Assembly: GCA_030167865.1 (NCBI GenBank)
Contig: JALAGF010006090.1
Location: forward strand, 1 to 64,000
Reading direction: 5' to 3'
Length of the DNA: 64,000 nt
From: Craspedostauros australis
Taxonomy: Eukaryota
The position numbers were made by a program, and so were the translations under genes. Shown piece after piece: positions 60,715-64,000 of the stretch (within the stretch, counting starts at the first letter, position 1; each line of letters opens with the position of its first letter). Below the pieces are notes generated by a model. The model was not told the DNA's origin. It did not search any database and saw nothing but the letters and a program-made list of their open reading frames with translations.

Positions 60715-63700
60715 ATGTCTGCGGCAGCTGTGGCTTCCAACTCACCTCCAACTTCTTTGATGTCATCGATGGCCGACCAGAAAGAGAAGCGCAATGTTGG
60801 AGACGGGGATGACACCAGCGAGGCCGAAGGAGGCAACGCAACTGCCATGTACCACCAGAAGAATGAAGCCGACGGCACCAGCCTCCATGTCCGAGCGCAC
60901 CCGCCTTTGCATTCTGGACATGCTTTTCCGCCTTTGCATTCTGAAGGAGAGCCTTCGAGCAGCGCATCGTCACAATCTACTCCGCAAGATCTTCACAGAC
61001 ATCATCCATTATCGCAGCAACATCCGCAGGCCCACGTCCACGCAGATCAAGCAGACGCAACGCTTCCAACGCCATCGTCATCGTCATTGTCATCACCAAC
61101 AGTATTACTGCCGTCAGTGCCACCGTCTTCGCATTCGTTAACACGTTCAACAGAAGAAGAGACGAAACCAACAGCGGCAACGGCAATAGCAGCTGCTGCA
61201 AGAACAGGATCATCTGCAATGGCAACACAGACATCGACGTCAACATCAACGTTAACATCAGTCGAGAAATCGTTGTGTGAAGATGCCATGTCGTCGGGTG
61301 AAGCTGCAGCTGCAAACAAGCTCAGGACGGCCAACACAGCCTTGGTTACGAACGCAATTGCGAAACTAAACGCATCAAGCGTAGCCGCGGCGCCTGTTCA
61401 GCCATTTACGCTGTTGGGCGACTTGCGAAGAATCCTCGTGGAGGTGGCCAGGACGGGTTCCTGTTCGTGGCTGCCGTGGGATCATCCGGACGCCGTTGTC
61501 ATCGGTGCCAGCAGGGTGGCTGTTGTGGCCGCGTCGGCAGCGGCTTCCGAGGGCGTCAAGGAGCACAGAATACAGCAGAGCGTTGGCAGCACCTGCACGT
61601 CGGGCATGGCGACTCCCACGACATCCGGCACGTATTCATCCACGCTTCCGGCATCCGGCCTCAATTCGCTTTCCACACCAGCATCCACCGCTGCGATTGC
61701 CAAGTTTTCAAAGGCAATTGCAGCAACAAGTGCGAGCAGCGCCAACGCCGGCATGGGTGGTGGTCCCATCTTGACCAAGCCCGTTCCTTCATCGACAGCA
61801 TCGTCGCAGAGCCTTACCCCCATCCATCCCAATGCTGCCAACTCCATGTCCACATCTCCCGCAACTGCCCCGGTCATTGCGAACGCAACAGCTTCACCAG
61901 CATCGAAGACAGCAGGAACAGCAACGAACATGTCCTTGGGCGGTGCGCAATCGTCATCACAGCTTGCGACATCGCAAACAGCAGCAGCATTGGTGCAAGG
62001 GTCTACGCCCACGACAGCACCAAGCACGACATCCGCACAACAGGCCACACACACATCACCTCCTACACCGAACACTGCGACAGCTGCATCAGCATCCGCG
62101 CAACCGTACCAACAATCCTTCTCGACGCACAGACGTCCAGTCACAGCGCTGGGAGCCAAACCACCAAGCCGGAAGAAGCACCGAAAGAACGGCCGTCATA
62201 GTGGTGGCGCTGCCTACCGCCAAGCAGGCGTTGCAGCTGGATCGCGGAAGCGGCCTCTATTCCTGATCCGCACACCCACCAACGCATCACCGAACGCCGC
62301 AGTTGCCATGGCCTCCGGTGCGTGCGGATCTGTCGGAAGCAGCGGCCGCGCATCAGGAAGCGAGATGGATGACTCCACGCAGTACGAATGTGACTCGGAG
62401 GGCACTTCGGCAACCACCAACAGCGAAATGAGCTGGGATCGCAGTCGCAGCGACCTGTCCGTCCGCGGCAAGCAGATGCGAGGCGGGCAGAACACGGCCG
62501 TCCTTGCCAACCTCAGGACCGGATACATGATGGAAGATGCAACCTTGCTCGAAGAAGAATCGGCACCGCCCATCCATTACAAGACGATGCAGGAGGCCGT
62601 ACGCGTCGCCATCGGCCTTGTTCTGGATCATTTCTACCGCCGTCGAGGTGGCTACAAGCTCTCACCAGCCGAGGAGCACCGGAATGCCATGTTGGAGGCA
62701 AGCGCTGGCGACAGCAACAGCAGCAGCAACGCTGGCAGCAATGTTGGTACCCACGGAGGCCCAGCGTCATCATCCACGGACCGGGACTCCCAAGACGCTG
62801 CATCCACCACTTCTGCAGCGAGGAGCATCACCGGAAACGCAGCCCGGCAGGCGCTGTCGGCAGAAGCCATCTTCCAGCAACGACGAGAACGACTCCTGCT
62901 CATGCTGATATCATCGGAACCCGACCGTGAAGGATGGATGGGCAAGCCAAGGGGAGATCGCATGAGAGCGCCACCATTTACCATCCAACGTATTGCGGAA
63001 GTGCTGCTCAATCCAGAAAAGGTGAGTTCGCTGCAATGTCACTGATGTTTGTGTGTTGTTGATGTTTCAGTTATCCTGCGCTTTTCATTGCATTGCTATC
63101 TTTGCTGCATTTCACAACGTACTCCTGCAGATTGAAGTGTCACGCACACGGTGGATGCAGCACACCGTATCAATCTCACACCATGTCGATATCATCCAAA
63201 TCGTCGCGCCCTTTCGCTCTGTCACGATCCATTGCTTCATGAAATGCCATCCTCTATGCATTCATCGCATCGTATCGCAGTATTATACACAAACGCACAA
63301 GCTCTGCAACTGCTTGGAGAAGCTGCTGTTGGTCACATCTTCGACGAGAGCATTTGGGGGTAGCACTGGTGGAGCTACATCGCAAAGTCGAACGGAGGTA
63401 CGATTTACCACATTGCGCGCATGTCAGCAAACGTACAATGAGACTGTGATCCTTGCTCGATTGTGTTCTCACGACGAATACGAATCCGACGATGATCCCC
63501 GTGCTCGACCATGAATTGCAACTCTCTTCGAATTGTACCATACGCTGACTATTTTGTGTATTCTACTGTTGCTTTCTCCCATCACGTCAGGAACGAGAAC
63601 TGGCCGCGTTGGCGGACGAGCAAGGCCGTGTGCAATCGGAGCTGCGACAACGCAGGGTGAAGAGGCGAATGTCATCGCCGTCGGATGATACGGTAGTTAT

Positions 63701-64000
63701 ATCGAATGTGCATGATGCTGGTGGGCCACGCAACCTCGACTATGGTCACAAAGAACATTCGTCGGATGATGTGCCGTCGTCCATTGTATCGAAGAAGATG
63801 AAACGGAGCTCATCGCCGGATATGCAATCACGGCAAACAGAGGGTGTGGAGGACACATCGACGAGGGAAGTGCTTGTGGCGGCGGCGCGGGCATCGTTAC
63901 GTTCAAAGTTTGAGCATGTTGGAATCGACACGCATTCGTCGTCATCCAACGCGAACAGGGATGCGCGATCGATGACTGAGAACAGAACCATGACCAAGTC
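60715..64000 (+). CDS. PPP4R2: Protein phosphatase 4 regulatory subunit 2-like, 3'-partial; exons 60715-63021, 63281-63397, 63591->64000
   Basis: PPFTIQRIAEVLLNPEK|YYTQTHKLCNCLEKLLLVTS is the PPP4R2 core motif; ILVEVARTG...PW lies upstream. Two phase-0 introns; the last exon is open to the window end. Confidence 0.85.

Noticed and set aside
1..64000. Transposons, rRNA/tRNA genes, selenocysteine or stop read-through
   Set aside because: I saw no RT, integrase or transposase motifs, terminal repeats or cloverleafs. Every ORF break is explained by a canonical intron.

Overview
Gene-dense eukaryotic nuclear DNA, most likely from a diatom. This rests on bipartite signal+'AF' plastid presequences and a diatom-type TM-LRR protein; the species cannot be named. 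I reconstructed about 23 protein-coding genes by hand, joining ORF fragments across 17 canonical GT..AG introns (166-782 nt, microsatellite-rich). They are: a TM-LRR protein, an RNI-like LRR protein, a plastid membrane protein, INTS7, ZNHIT2, NUG1/GNL3, a TM protein, plastid TPI, a cryptic spliced 122-aa TM microprotein, an M3 peptidase homologue, PRP31, a PPR-like protein, YTM1/WDR12, an MFS transporter, a fascin-like beta-trefoil protein, a MYND-RING-TPR protein, a PhyH-family Fe/2OG enzyme, an LSMT-like SET protein, a hypothetical protein, a TFIIA-gamma-like protein, a RAD16-like SNF2 ATPase, CSL4 and PPP4R2. I saw no rRNA, tRNA, CRISPR array or transposon. The most interesting items are: (1) a PhyH enzyme with H-x-G instead of H-x-D, the signature of radical halogenases; (2) a RAD16-like ATPase fused to a linker-histone globular domain and a PARP-type zinc finger; (3) an intact M3 peptidase that has lost its zinc ligands; (4) an expanded TFIIA-gamma; (5) a beta-trefoil with an inserted F-box-like helix; (6) TGACGT(CA) boxes in promoter gaps. 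All family assignments come from motif recognition by eye, not from database searches.
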